Assembly: GCA_963718615.1 (NCBI GenBank)
Contig: OY970368.1
Location: 3,168,001 to 3,232,000, forward strand
DNA from: an uncultured cyanobacterium
Lineage (GTDB): Bacteria > Cyanobacteriota > Cyanobacteriia > PCC-9006 > JAAUQQ01
Reading direction: 5' to 3'
Length of the DNA stretch: 64,000 bases
Shown: positions 39,645 through 49,613 of the stretch, piece after piece
How the letters are laid out: the number at the start of each line of letters is the position of its first letter
Numbering within the stretch: the first letter of the stretch is position 1
Notes under the pieces: model-generated
The model's database searches: none
Seen by the model: the letters and a program-made list of their open reading frames with translations, nothing else
Told to the model about the DNA's origin: nothing
Translations under genes and position numbers: made by a program

Positions 39645-40265
39645 CTATACCTCTCCGTCAAACAAACTGACCCACAGCCGCTGGGCACCGGCGGTTCCCG
39701 TACAAAACAGCAGCTGCTCCAAAAGCTCTAGGGCCAAAGCATTGAGCTTGTCGTCTTCGCTATAGATCATCACGCCAGCGCGTCGGGGATTCATCCGCTG
39801 CCGAAAATGGGCGCGAAACCGCAGTAAATACTCAGAGAGGCGAAAGTGACTCTCTAGGGGCAGTCCCTTGGCCTTGATCTGCTGCTCCGTCAACAAGAGC
39901 TGGCGAATCACAACGGTAAGACGACGGGCAATATAACAGGTGATTGCCACCAAGGCCTTGGCTTCAATTTGGCGTAGGGGGCGACGCTGGCTGAACCGAC
40001 GCAAGGGATTCGTTCCCCGCAATTGCCAAAGGTGAACGCGATTTTTGATGATGTCATCCAATCCCAGCTCATCCGCCACAATCAGTAGGGCTTCTGAGCC
40101 CCCAAGATCAAGCGCTTCAATGGCCAAAAGAATCAAATCAAGTTGTTGCCGTGCCCGCCGGGGACAAGCATCCTGGTTCATCGGAATATCCGGTAAGCCT
40201 TCGAGGGCAACCGGCACCGATAGAGAAGAAGAAGGAGGGGGCGTGACGCTCACGGAGGCACTCAT
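39645..40265 (-). CDS. DUF3038-family protein
   Basis: LDLILLAIEAL, NRVHLWQLRGTNPLRR, LLFCTGTAGAQRLWVSLFDG; adjacent to DUF4335. Start 40265 or 40310. Confidence 0.85.
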   Translation of the reverse strand: MSASVSVTPPPSSSLSVPVALEGLPDIPMNQDACPRRARQQLDLILLAIEALDLGGSEALLIVADELGLDDIIKNRVHLWQLRGTNPLRRFSQRRPLRQIEAKALVAITCYIARRLTVVIRQLLLTEQQIKAKGLPLESHFRLSEYLLRFRAHFRQRMNPRRAGVMIYSEDDKLNALALELLEQLLFCTGTAGAQRLWVSLFDGEV

Positions 40266-40529
40266 AAAGCGGCGAGATCCTGGGGGACGGAAAGGTAAAT
40301 CCTGAACCATTGTCCAAGACCTAACGAAGAGGCCAGGACAATTTTCAATGGAGTTTCACCAAGCTGCATTCTACAAAACTTCAGCAGTACGACATCCGAA
40401 AGAAAACTGAATCCTCATACTCCATCGTCAAGCCCTCATTTTGCAACAAGTTTGCGACGAGTTTGCGACTCAACCTTCCTCGTTTTGCGCTCCTCACTGT
40501 AGCATGCAGGGGGTGAGTGGGTTCATGGC

Positions 40530-41000
40530 CTAGTGATTGCTGATAATCCGCTGTAGGATTTGCAATCCGCTGACCGCTTGCCAACCAAAGATCCCAACAA
40601 GTACGGTGTTGAGCGTGATATGGGTATAGCGTGCCCATTCTGCACCTTTTTGCATAAAGGGCGAGAGCGCAGCGGAGGTGGCAATCAAGCCAGTCATGCC
40701 TAAACCTGCCAACAGGTGAGGGCCGACAAATAGCTTGCCATTATTGATATAAGTCACACTCATGCCGCCAATGGTTCCCAATACCATCAACGCCAAGAGG
40801 ATTGAGCCGGTAACGTAGTGTTTTTGGTTATAGCGGCCCTTGAGCAACTCTTTTTTAAGGTCGCCTTCGGCGGTGCGGGTGCGTCGCCACTGAAATCCTT
40901 GGTAGGCCGCATAGAGGGTCAAACCAAACAACACCCACATCAGGGCTGGATGGAAAAAATTAAGGCCAAATTTGACGTCGGAAGGCAGGTCGAAGCTCAT
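40530..41000 (-). CDS. DUF4079-family membrane protein
   Basis: FFHPALMW, HYVTGSILLALMV, NNGKLFVGPHLLAGL, ARYTHITLN; ATG 41000 preferred. Confidence 0.85.
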   Translation of the reverse strand: MSFDLPSDVKFGLNFFHPALMWVLFGLTLYAAYQGFQWRRTRTAEGDLKKELLKGRYNQKHYVTGSILLALMVLGTIGGMSVTYINNGKLFVGPHLLAGLGMTGLIATSAALSPFMQKGAEWARYTHITLNTVLVGIFGWQAVSGLQILQRIISNH

Positions 41001-41120
41001 GGGGTTTCTCTCTGAAACTGCGCGGGGGTTTTGGGGCGATCGCCCATCAACAGGCATCACCCATCAACAGACATCGCCCCAAAATTTACAAAAGTTAACC
41101 CAATTATAGGGAAGAAACCG

Positions 41121-42719
41121 CTAGTGCAAGAAATGCCGTACGCCGGTCATGGCCATCACCAGCCCCAGTTGATTGGCGGCATCAATGGAATCCTGGTCCC
41201 GCAAACTGCCGCCGGGCTGAACGATCGCCCGAATTCCCGCTGCCGCCGCCGTCTGCACTGAGTCGTCGAAGGGGAAGAACCCATCACTGGCTAAAATCGC
41301 CCCCTGGGCCTGGGTTCCGGCCTGTTCGAGCGCAATCTTGACGGAACCGACTCGATTCATTTGGCCTGCGCCAATGCCGAGGGTAGCGCGGTGGTGGGTC
41401 ACGACGATCGCATTGGATTTCACATGGCGAACCACTTTCCAGGCAAAGAGCAGCTCGGCCAGCAAGGCATCGTCAGGTTGTTGATCGGTGACAATTTTCC
41501 AGTCGGCAGGGGTGGCCGCAAGGTCATCGGCGGCTTGGGCGAGAAATCCCCCGGCGATCGCCTTGACGGTTTCCCGAGGACCGCTCAGCAAATCGGGGAG
41601 CACCAAAACCCGCAGATTTTTCTTGGTTTTGAAAATTTCTAGGGCTTCATCGCTACAGCCGGGGGCCACAATACATTCCAGGAACGTTTGGGTCATGGCC
41701 TGGGCCGTGGCGGCGTCGAGGAGACGATTAACAGCAACAATCCCGCCAAAGGCTGAGACCGAATCGGCCTCAAAGGCTGCTTGATAGGCTTGAACCAAGC
41801 TATCTCCCAGGGCCACACCACAGGGGTTGTTGTGCTTCAGGACCGCTGCTGCGGGAGATTCGCTGGTATCCGCAAATTCGGCAATGATTTGCCGGGCGGC
41901 TTCGAGGTCCACTAGATTGTTGTAGCTCAACGCTTTGCCCTGGAGTTGTTGAGCCACCGCCCAGCCCCTAGGGGTTGCACCGGTTTGATACCAGGCTGCG
42001 GCTTGGTGGGGGTTTTCGCCGTAGCGCAGGGGCTGGATTTGCTGACCACTGAGGCTCCAGGCTTGGGGCAGGCTGACGGTTTCGGAGGATGGGGGAGCCG
42101 CCTGGGGGAGCGAGTCAGGGTTCTGCTGGGCCAGATTTTGGGCCAAATACCGCACGATCGCCCCATCGTAAGCCGCCGTATGCTCAAACGCCGCCAGCGC
42201 ACAGTCTCGCCGGAAGGCCAGGGGCACGGTGCCGTTGTGGTCCACCAGGGCTTGCAAATAGGATGCATACTGGCTGGGTTTACACAAAATGGTGAGATAG
42301 GCATGGTTTTTGGCCGCTGCCCGCACCATCGTCGGCCCACCAATGTCGATGTTTTCGATCGCTATGTCCAGCGTCACATCGGGTTTGGCCACGGTCTGCT
42401 CAAAGGGATAGAGATTGACCACGACCAAATCAATCGGCTGAATGTCATTGGCCGTGAGATCCGCTTGATCCTCAGGCATATCGGGTCGAGACAGGATCCC
42501 CCCATGGATACGGGGATGCAAGGTTTTGACCCGCCCGCCTAAAATCTCCGGGGACCCGGTATAGTCCGAAACCTTAGTGACCGGAAGGCCCGCCGCTTTG
42601 AGCACCTGAGCTGTGCCGCCGCTGCTGATAATTGAAAAGTCAAACTCTTGAACCAGGCGCTGAGCCAGTTCAACGATGCCGGTTTTATCCGAAACGCTCA
42701 GCAGTGCAAGCCGTCCCAT
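41121..42719 (-). CDS. purH: Bifunctional AICAR transformylase/IMP cyclohydrolase
   Basis: ALLSVSDKTG, GRVKTLHP, ENIDIGGPTM, RYGENPHQ, KHNNPCG, ASDGFFPF, RHFLH. Confidence 0.98.
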   Translation of the reverse strand: MGRLALLSVSDKTGIVELAQRLVQEFDFSIISSGGTAQVLKAAGLPVTKVSDYTGSPEILGGRVKTLHPRIHGGILSRPDMPEDQADLTANDIQPIDLVVVNLYPFEQTVAKPDVTLDIAIENIDIGGPTMVRAAAKNHAYLTILCKPSQYASYLQALVDHNGTVPLAFRRDCALAAFEHTAAYDGAIVRYLAQNLAQQNPDSLPQAAPPSSETVSLPQAWSLSGQQIQPLRYGENPHQAAAWYQTGATPRGWAVAQQLQGKALSYNNLVDLEAARQIIAEFADTSESPAAAVLKHNNPCGVALGDSLVQAYQAAFEADSVSAFGGIVAVNRLLDAATAQAMTQTFLECIVAPGCSDEALEIFKTKKNLRVLVLPDLLSGPRETVKAIAGGFLAQAADDLAATPADWKIVTDQQPDDALLAELLFAWKVVRHVKSNAIVVTHHRATLGIGAGQMNRVGSVKIALEQAGTQAQGAILASDGFFPFDDSVQTAAAAGIRAIVQPGGSLRDQDSIDAANQLGLVMAMTGVRHFLH

Positions 42720-42839
42720 GGGGTTCTCTCTCCTAATTCAATCTGGGCTGCTGCCAAGGGGGTAGGCAGGAGCGTTTACCAGCATAAAAGGTTATGGGGG
42801 GGTGGAGTGGTGGAGTCATGGAGTGGGGGGATAGCTGTT

Positions 42840-45482
42840 CTATGGATGGCTCGGGTCTTTGGATTTGCTTGACTTGGCTTTTGCCTCCAAATCTTCGAGT
42901 CGACTCTTCAATTCCTGGTTCGATTTTTTCAATTGTTCGACTTCGTCCTGCAACTGTTTGACGGCCTTGTCTGAACCGATGCGGCCTTGAACCGACTGGA
43001 TGGCTTCCTCTGCCCGCTGCTTAACGCGACCATCGGGGGACTGGCGGGCTAAATTGCGCAGGAGGGCGATCGCGTTCCCGGTTTCCAAACGGCCCAGGGC
43101 ACTTACCACCGCTACTTGGGTCAAAAAGAAGCTCTCGCGGGAAATTTCCTCTAGGCGATTGAGAATACGATCGAGATTCTGCGGTGTTTGACCACTGGCG
43201 ATCGCCCCCAACCCTCGAATGGCGGCTAGACGCAAGGGCTGGGGTGTGCCTAGGGCGGTGTATTCCAAAATCAAATCCAGGGCTTCCTCAGAGGTTTTGA
43301 GTTGACAGAGCGCCCCAATGGCTCCGCCGCGCACCAGTTCATTCCAGCCGGCCCGCTCCTTCAGCACCGCTTTGAGCAATTTGAGCACCGGCTTTTCCTT
43401 GTTTTGGCCTTCGATGGCGAGCTTTGCCAAACGCCCTAAGGCCCGCAAGGCCGAGGCTTCGACGCTGTAGGCTGGGTCGCCTTTTTCTGCGATCGCCTTG
43501 ATCGCTTTGTAGCTAGCGATTGTTCTAAACTTCGCTAAACCATTCACCACCGCCCGACGCACATGGGCATTGTCGTCTTTCAGCCCTTCTAGCAGCGCGA
43601 GCTGAGCCTGGTCTAACTGCGCCGTCGCTAGGGCGTTAGCCACCTCCATCCGCACAGCCCAGCAAGGGTCCTGGGTCAGGGCTGTCCCCAAAACTTTGAC
43701 CGCGTCTAAGCTACCCTGTTTGGCGATCGCCCCCGCTGCAAAAATCCGTGCGATCGGATCTGGATCAAACTGAAGTTGAGCTTTCAACTCTGCTAAGGGA
43801 TAGGCTAGCTCAACAGTTTTGAGATGATGATTGCCAGCATCAAAACTCAAAAAATCTGGTTTTTGTTCTAAGGGAAAGTAAAAGCTTTGTTCCCGCTCGT
43901 GGATCCGCACGGTGAAAGATTTGATTTGGGCGATCGCAGGCTCATTTCCTTGGGCAATATAGCCAAATCCAAAGGGAATTTTTAGATCAAACAAATCCTT
44001 ACCGTTGCCATCGGCTGAGGCTTGAGTTTGGGTAATAGTAACCTTGGCCATACTGCTTTCGCTCTCCCATTTATATGTCACCTGATAATCGGGATGGCCT
44101 CCCCGAAAGACATATTGGTCAAACAAAAACATCAAATTGCGACCGGTTGCCTTTTCGATCGCCCTGAGCAGGTCAATGGTTTCCACCGTTTGATGGGCAT
44201 TGTCTTGGACAAAGATTTGGATGGCCTGCCAAAAGAGTTCGTCCCCCAACTCCGCGCGGAGCATGTGGTAGACGCAGGAGGCTTTTTCGTAGAGATGGCG
44301 ATCGTAAAGCTCAATCGGTTCGCGATACACATGGGTGACAATCGGACGTCGATACCGCGTCGAATCCTCTGACAAATACTCTCGCTGTGCCTCTAATCGA
44401 GCGTAATGCCCGATCGCCTCACCATATTCATGGGTTAACCAAAGGGCTTCGGCGTAGGTCGCCATGCCTTCCTTCAACCAAGCATGGGACCAATGCTTAA
44501 TCACGACTAAATCGCCAAACCACTGATGAGCCAGCTCATGGGCCACAAGGGTTTCGGTGCGGCGGCTATCCAGTTGCGAACGTTCGTCCAGCAACACGCG
44601 ATCGGTTAACAGCGTGGTGGACGTGTTCTCCATGCCGCCAAAAATGAAGTCATCGACGCAAACCTGCGCGTATTTCGGAAACGGATAGGGATAGCCAAAG
44701 ATCTCGCTAAAAAACGCAATCATCTGAGGCGTTTTGCCCATGGCTCGTTTAGCCTCTTCTTCCCGTCCCTTTTCCACATAATAGGGGCAGGGTACAGGCT
44801 GCTCTCGACCTGGAAGCTTGACCTCATCCCGGATTTCTGCAAAGTCGCCAACGGCTAGGGTCATTAAATAGGTTGGATGAACTTCCTGTTGTTTCCAGTG
44901 GAAGATTGTTGTTGTTTTCTCCTCAATTTTTTCAATCAATTCGCCATTCGATAAAGCAGAAAATGGCTTTGGCACCCGCACTCGAATTTCTGAGGTTGCT
45001 AACTGTCCTGGATAGTCAAAACAAGGGAACCAAAAGCGGGAGTCTTCGTCTTCGCCCTGGGTCCAGACTTGGGTGGGTTTATTCGGATAATGTTCGTCGG
45101 GTTGGATGAAGTAAATGCCCCGTTGGGGATGGTCGAGGCTGTAGGCGATCGCCAACTCTAAAATTTGTGCCGCTGCCGTCGGCTGGCTCAGCTTCACCTT
45201 GAGTCGTTCGCCATCATGCTCAAAATCTTGTTCCGTCTTGCCAATCTGAATCCCAAGAATTTCCATGCTCACGGCATCTAATTCTAGGCTCTCGATCCCG
45301 CTGCGTACGGGTTTGAGGCGAATGGTGCAGGTGCCCTGGCAGCGCTGGTTGGGAAGATCCAAATCGAGGTCGAGGAAAACATGCTCCACTTGGCCGGGGC
45401 GATCGGGGTTGTAGTGGGGATATGCGCCGGGGAGTTCGAAGGATTTGCGGCTGTCGCGGGCGGCGCGGAGGAATTCGTGCAT
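42840..45482 (-). CDS. pepN: M1-family aminopeptidase with C-terminal HEAT repeats
   Basis: GGMEN, HELAHQWFG..WLKEG (HExxH-18-E), HEAT-like repeats and C-terminal coiled coil. Confidence 0.92.
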   Translation of the reverse strand: MHEFLRAARDSRKSFELPGAYPHYNPDRPGQVEHVFLDLDLDLPNQRCQGTCTIRLKPVRSGIESLELDAVSMEILGIQIGKTEQDFEHDGERLKVKLSQPTAAAQILELAIAYSLDHPQRGIYFIQPDEHYPNKPTQVWTQGEDEDSRFWFPCFDYPGQLATSEIRVRVPKPFSALSNGELIEKIEEKTTTIFHWKQQEVHPTYLMTLAVGDFAEIRDEVKLPGREQPVPCPYYVEKGREEEAKRAMGKTPQMIAFFSEIFGYPYPFPKYAQVCVDDFIFGGMENTSTTLLTDRVLLDERSQLDSRRTETLVAHELAHQWFGDLVVIKHWSHAWLKEGMATYAEALWLTHEYGEAIGHYARLEAQREYLSEDSTRYRRPIVTHVYREPIELYDRHLYEKASCVYHMLRAELGDELFWQAIQIFVQDNAHQTVETIDLLRAIEKATGRNLMFLFDQYVFRGGHPDYQVTYKWESESSMAKVTITQTQASADGNGKDLFDLKIPFGFGYIAQGNEPAIAQIKSFTVRIHEREQSFYFPLEQKPDFLSFDAGNHHLKTVELAYPLAELKAQLQFDPDPIARIFAAGAIAKQGSLDAVKVLGTALTQDPCWAVRMEVANALATAQLDQAQLALLEGLKDDNAHVRRAVVNGLAKFRTIASYKAIKAIAEKGDPAYSVEASALRALGRLAKLAIEGQNKEKPVLKLLKAVLKERAGWNELVRGGAIGALCQLKTSEEALDLILEYTALGTPQPLRLAAIRGLGAIASGQTPQNLDRILNRLEEISRESFFLTQVAVVSALGRLETGNAIALLRNLARQSPDGRVKQRAEEAIQSVQGRIGSDKAVKQLQDEVEQLKKSNQELKSRLEDLEAKAKSSKSKDPSHP

Positions 45483-45767
45483 GGTGAAACGAAGGGCCTT
45501 GGTTTAAGGACGTTAGGGATCGCGTTGATTGCTGCCCTAAGCATAATCCGCCGCCCATAGACAGACCAAGCTGTTGTGCAGATTACGTTTGAACGTCAGT
45601 ACTTAGGCCGAATTAGCAACGGATTGCCTTAACGGATTGCCTTGCAGAATAGCCGCCTTGGGTAGTGGAGGCGATCACCAACACAGGGACATGACAATGC
45701 CATATCCCTATGGAGTTCATTCCGAAGATCGTCATTCTGGAGCAGGGCATATTTTATGGAATACAAG

Positions 45768-45841
45768 GGCGAACGAGGGGACTTGAACCCCCGAATGGTG
45801 GAATCACAATCCACTGCCTTAACCACTTGGCTACGCTCGCC
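45768..45841 (-). tRNA. trnH: tRNA-His (GTG)
   Basis: GGCGAGCGTAGCCAAGTGGTTAAGGCAGTGGATTGTGATTCCACCATTCGGGGGTTCAAGTCCCCTCGTTCGCC forms a cloverleaf with anticodon GTG, G-1 and C73; CCA is not encoded. Confidence 0.97.
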
Positions 45842-45940
45842 GCGCGTTGCCTAATATAACATAGCAATAGATCAAAGTTCAATTGAATTCGCAAAATCTC
45901 GCAAAATTTTCTACCCTCCTCCTCCATCCCCTCTTTCTCT

Positions 45941-46345
45941 ATGGTCTCCAAACCCTTCCTAGGAGCCAGCCTCCTCGGTCTTGGCGCTGCCGCTGCCCTT
46001 GGCGTCACAAACCCCGGCGAAGCCCAGTACGAAGATTTTGCCGTGGCCCAAGCGCGCGACTACCTCAAGGCCGAAGTCTGCCCCGAGCCCTTACCCCTAG
46101 TCGGCACCTCCCTCGCCGATGAATGTATTCAGTTTCTTGGCTCTGAAGCGGCTCAACCCCAACTCCAGGGCCTGATCAGCAACAACACTGAGCGCCAAAA
46201 CTTTTTGCTCTTCAGCCTCTACAAGACCGACCTCGCCATCGAATCCCTGTTGCCCTTCATCCCCAGCGGCCTCGTGCCCAGCTACGAAGTCAAGGCCGTT
46301 GGTGTATTGAAGACCTTTTACATCTACAGTGCAGAGAAGATCTAG
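45941..46345 (+). CDS. DUF4359-family protein
   Basis: TM segment plus TNPG..YEDFA, two Cys, NTERQNFLLFSLYKT. Confidence 0.8.
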   Translation: MVSKPFLGASLLGLGAAAALGVTNPGEAQYEDFAVAQARDYLKAEVCPEPLPLVGTSLADECIQFLGSEAAQPQLQGLISNNTERQNFLLFSLYKTDLAIESLLPFIPSGLVPSYEVKAVGVLKTFYIYSAEKI

Positions 46346-46366
46346 CTAATGTAAGTTAAGAGGGCT

Positions 46367-47761
46367 ATGACTCTCTGCATTGCTCCTCACTGTAACTTTA
46401 GTGGCAATAGCGATCGCGATCGCTATTGCCAAAATTGCGGTCGGCCCCTACTGCTCAAACTGCGCTACCGCCCCTTGCGTCTTCTGGGTCAGGGAGGGTT
46501 TGGCCGTACCTTTGTGGCACGGGATATGGATATTCCTTCTCAGCCCTTTTGTGTCATCAAGCAGCTCTGCCAAACCCCCAACGAGCGTTTTAACCAGCAG
46601 GCACTGCGGCTCTTTCGCCAGGAAGCCATACGGTTAGAAAAGCTAGGGGAGCATCCTCAAATTCCCAAACTCCTGGCCCACTTCGAAGACCAAGACGACC
46701 ACTACCTTATTCAGGAATACGTCGAAGGCGATAACCTCGGGGATGAAGTGCATCACGCGGGTCCCTTTCAAGAACGTCAGATTTGGCAAGTCCTGGGCGA
46801 TCTGGCCACCGTTTTGACCTATATTCACCAGCAAAATATCATTCACCGCGACCTCAAACCCACCAACATCATGCGCCGCCGGGCCGATGGCAAGCTCATC
46901 CTGATCGACTTTGGCATCGCCAAACTACTCAGCCAAACCAGCCTCAACCGCACGCTAACCATGGTCGGCAGCCCCGAATACATGGCCCCCGAACAAACCC
47001 GAGGCCACATTGCCCCCGCCAGCGACCTTTATAGTTTAGGAATGACTTGCGTTTATCTCCTCACGCTCAAAGCCCCCCTGAGTTTCTATAGCCCCGCCGA
47101 CGATACCTGGTTTTGGCGAGAGGGGTTGCCCCCTGGGCGAGGGGTGAGCGATCGCCTCGCAGAAACCCTCGATCGCCTCCTCCAAACCCCCATCAGCAGG
47201 CGCTTCTCCTCCGCCAAGGCCCTGGGCATGGCAGTGTATACCTACCGCGATGCGCCGCGATCCACCGCCGCCGTCTCCCCGGCCCTCAGCCTTCCCCCCA
47301 TCCAGAGTGATCCCGACAATTGGGGGGAATACCTCACCACCGTTGACTATCGGCCCCTCAAAGACCTGCTCCAGGCACACCGCTGGCAAGAAGCCGACAT
47401 CCTCACCTGGGAAAGCCTTGCCCAATCCCTCGGTAAATCCGGTCGATTTGTCAGCCTCCACGACATTGGCCGTATTCCCTGCGGCGACCTAGAAAGGGTT
47501 GATATTCTCTGGCGCAAATACAGCGGCAACCACTTTGGCCTCAGCATTCAAGCGGAAATCTTCGCCCAAGCGGGGGATTACGGCCAGTTTTGTCAGCAAG
47601 TCGGCTGGAAAATGAGCTATCAGGGCATTCACTCCCTCAACTTTACGCTCGATGCCCCCCGAGGCCACCTTCCCTCTAGCCAATGGATTAGCGGTAGCGA
47701 CTGGTGGAAACATCAACAACGGATGAGCGATCGCCTCACCGCCTGTAAAATCACCTCCTAA
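46367..47761 (+). CDS. Ser/Thr protein kinase with N-terminal 4-Cys motif and C-terminal GUN4 domain
   Basis: LGQGGFGRTF, HRDLKPTN, DFG, YMAPEQ; DYRPLKDLL..WQEAD, IPCGDL..D.LW.KYS..HFGLSIQ, PRGHLP. Confidence 0.92.
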   Translation: MTLCIAPHCNFSGNSDRDRYCQNCGRPLLLKLRYRPLRLLGQGGFGRTFVARDMDIPSQPFCVIKQLCQTPNERFNQQALRLFRQEAIRLEKLGEHPQIPKLLAHFEDQDDHYLIQEYVEGDNLGDEVHHAGPFQERQIWQVLGDLATVLTYIHQQNIIHRDLKPTNIMRRRADGKLILIDFGIAKLLSQTSLNRTLTMVGSPEYMAPEQTRGHIAPASDLYSLGMTCVYLLTLKAPLSFYSPADDTWFWREGLPPGRGVSDRLAETLDRLLQTPISRRFSSAKALGMAVYTYRDAPRSTAAVSPALSLPPIQSDPDNWGEYLTTVDYRPLKDLLQAHRWQEADILTWESLAQSLGKSGRFVSLHDIGRIPCGDLERVDILWRKYSGNHFGLSIQAEIFAQAGDYGQFCQQVGWKMSYQGIHSLNFTLDAPRGHLPSSQWISGSDWWKHQQRMSDRLTACKITS

Positions 47762-47820
47762 CCCTTTTCTCCTCCCGATTTCCGACCCCTTACTTCCCTA
47801 TTCCCTTCCTCCCCGCCTCC

Positions 47821-49155
47821 ATGCTCTCCGACACCGCCATCAAAATCCTCACCGATGCCCAACGTTATTGGCTGAGCAATGCCCAAATTCCCCTGTCGCT
47901 GTTGCAGGATCCCAATCAGGATTTGGGCGATCGCGCCAATGCGGATCAGCTTGTCCCTGTGGATCTCGAAATTGTTGGCGGTCATCTCCAGCAGATTCTT
48001 CCCGCTGGTTCTGTTCCCCCCCACGCGCTCCACGTCGACCTCAACCAAGGACAGGTTTGGCCCTGCTTGGTCGATTGCCATACCCACTTTGATAAGGGAC
48101 ACATTTGGCCGCGATCGCCCAATCCCGACGGTACATTTGCTAGCGCGCTGACGACCATCGCCACCGATGTGGCCCAATACAACACCTACGAAGATCTCTA
48201 TCGTCGCTTTGAGTTTGCCCTCAAGTGTAGCTATGCCCACGGCACCAAAGCGATTCGCACCCATTTAGATGCAGAGGGAACTCAGGGAGAGTTGGCTTTT
48301 CGGGTGTTTCGGGAGCTGCGGGAAAAATGGCGCGATCGCCTCATTCTCCAAGCGGTTTGCCTAGTTTCTTTAGATTATTTTCTCACCCCAGCAGGAGAAG
48401 CATTAGCCGATCTGGTGGCAGAGTCCGGTGGGATCTTGGGTGGAGTTGGCGATGAAACCCCGGCTTTGACTACGCAAATTAATCGCACCTTTGAACTGGC
48501 GATCGCCCGCAATCTAGATCTGGATTTGCATGTGGATGAAAGTCTAGATCCGGCAGATCAAATGTTGCCCAAGGTAGCGCAGGCCGCGATGAATCATGGA
48601 TTTTCAGGGACGTTGGTTTGCGACCATTGTTGTAGTTTGGTGGTGCAGGGCGATCGCCACCGCGATGAAATTATTCAGCAGGTCAAAGCAGCCCAAATTC
48701 ACATTGTGAGCCTGCCTATGTGCAATCTTTATTTGCAGGATCGACAGTCTGGGCGTACGCCGCGACAGCGTGGGATCACGGCGGTGCGGGAGCTCAAGGC
48801 AGCAGGCGTACCGGTTAGTTTTGCCAGCGACAACTGCCGCGATCCCTTCTTTGGATTTGGAGACCATGACATGCTAGAAGTCTGGCGCGAGGCGGTGCGG
48901 ATGGGTCATCTCGATCGTCCCTACGAAAACTGGCCCCGGTCCGTCGCCCGCACACCTGCGGATTTTATGGGTTTGACGGATGTCGGACGGATCGGCGTGG
49001 GGTTACCGGCAGATTTAATTCTATTTCGGGGTCGAGGATTTAGTGAGTTGCTGGCGCGATCGCAGCATGATCGCATTGTCCTGCGCCAAGGTCGCGCCAT
49101 CGACACCACGCTGCCTGACTACCAAGAATTAGACGATTTGTTGCAACCTCGTTAA
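47821..49155 (+). CDS. codA: Cytosine deaminase-like amidohydrolase
   Basis: DCHTHFDKGH, HGTKAIRTH, DLHVDE, HCCSL, SDNCRDPF. Confidence 0.88.
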   Translation: MLSDTAIKILTDAQRYWLSNAQIPLSLLQDPNQDLGDRANADQLVPVDLEIVGGHLQQILPAGSVPPHALHVDLNQGQVWPCLVDCHTHFDKGHIWPRSPNPDGTFASALTTIATDVAQYNTYEDLYRRFEFALKCSYAHGTKAIRTHLDAEGTQGELAFRVFRELREKWRDRLILQAVCLVSLDYFLTPAGEALADLVAESGGILGGVGDETPALTTQINRTFELAIARNLDLDLHVDESLDPADQMLPKVAQAAMNHGFSGTLVCDHCCSLVVQGDRHRDEIIQQVKAAQIHIVSLPMCNLYLQDRQSGRTPRQRGITAVRELKAAGVPVSFASDNCRDPFFGFGDHDMLEVWREAVRMGHLDRPYENWPRSVARTPADFMGLTDVGRIGVGLPADLILFRGRGFSELLARSQHDRIVLRQGRAIDTTLPDYQELDDLLQPR

Positions 49156-49237
49156 GCTGTTTAACGGTTTTGGTGCAACTCGAGTTTCCTCACGGACAAT
49201 CAGATCCGTAGCCTCCATTTCGCATGAGGAAATCCGC

Positions 49238-49606
49238 ATGAGCGATTTTCATGATTTTCTAACAAGGGAACAGGTCCATGTGGTTTTCGGCGAGTTTAAG
49301 CCGGGAATGTTCGCCGAAGCTCAAGGATTATACGAAGAGGCCGTTTCGACCTATCGTGATGGATTTCGGGAAGCCTATTTGCTGCGGGAACCGGGGAGCG
49401 ATCGCGGCCTTTCGATCATCATTTGGGACAGTGTTGAGCACATGGATGAGCAACAGCGCGATGCCACCCATCAAGCCATCGTTAAGAAAATGAACCCGCT
49501 CTTTAAGCAGACCCCCAGTAGCGAGATCTACGAATTAGCAGCCCATATTTCATCTCAACCCTTATCTCAACCCTCTAGCAATCCCCCTGAACCGGCCTTA
49601 GCCTAA
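49238..49606 (+). CDS. ABM-like (dimeric alpha-beta barrel) protein
   Basis: FKPG, GFREAYLLREPGSDRGLSIIIWDS; RBS GAGGA upstream. Confidence 0.7.
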   Translation: MSDFHDFLTREQVHVVFGEFKPGMFAEAQGLYEEAVSTYRDGFREAYLLREPGSDRGLSIIIWDSVEHMDEQQRDATHQAIVKKMNPLFKQTPSSEIYELAAHISSQPLSQPSSNPPEPALA

Positions 49607-49613
49607 TCTTGCC

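Noticed and set aside
45483-45841. tRNA-His as the integration site of an island
   Set aside because: No integrase, no duplicated tRNA 3' end seen, and housekeeping genes lie on both sides
45629-46008. Short ORFs 45629-45826 and 45754-46008
   Set aside because: They overlap the tRNA-His gene and are spurious
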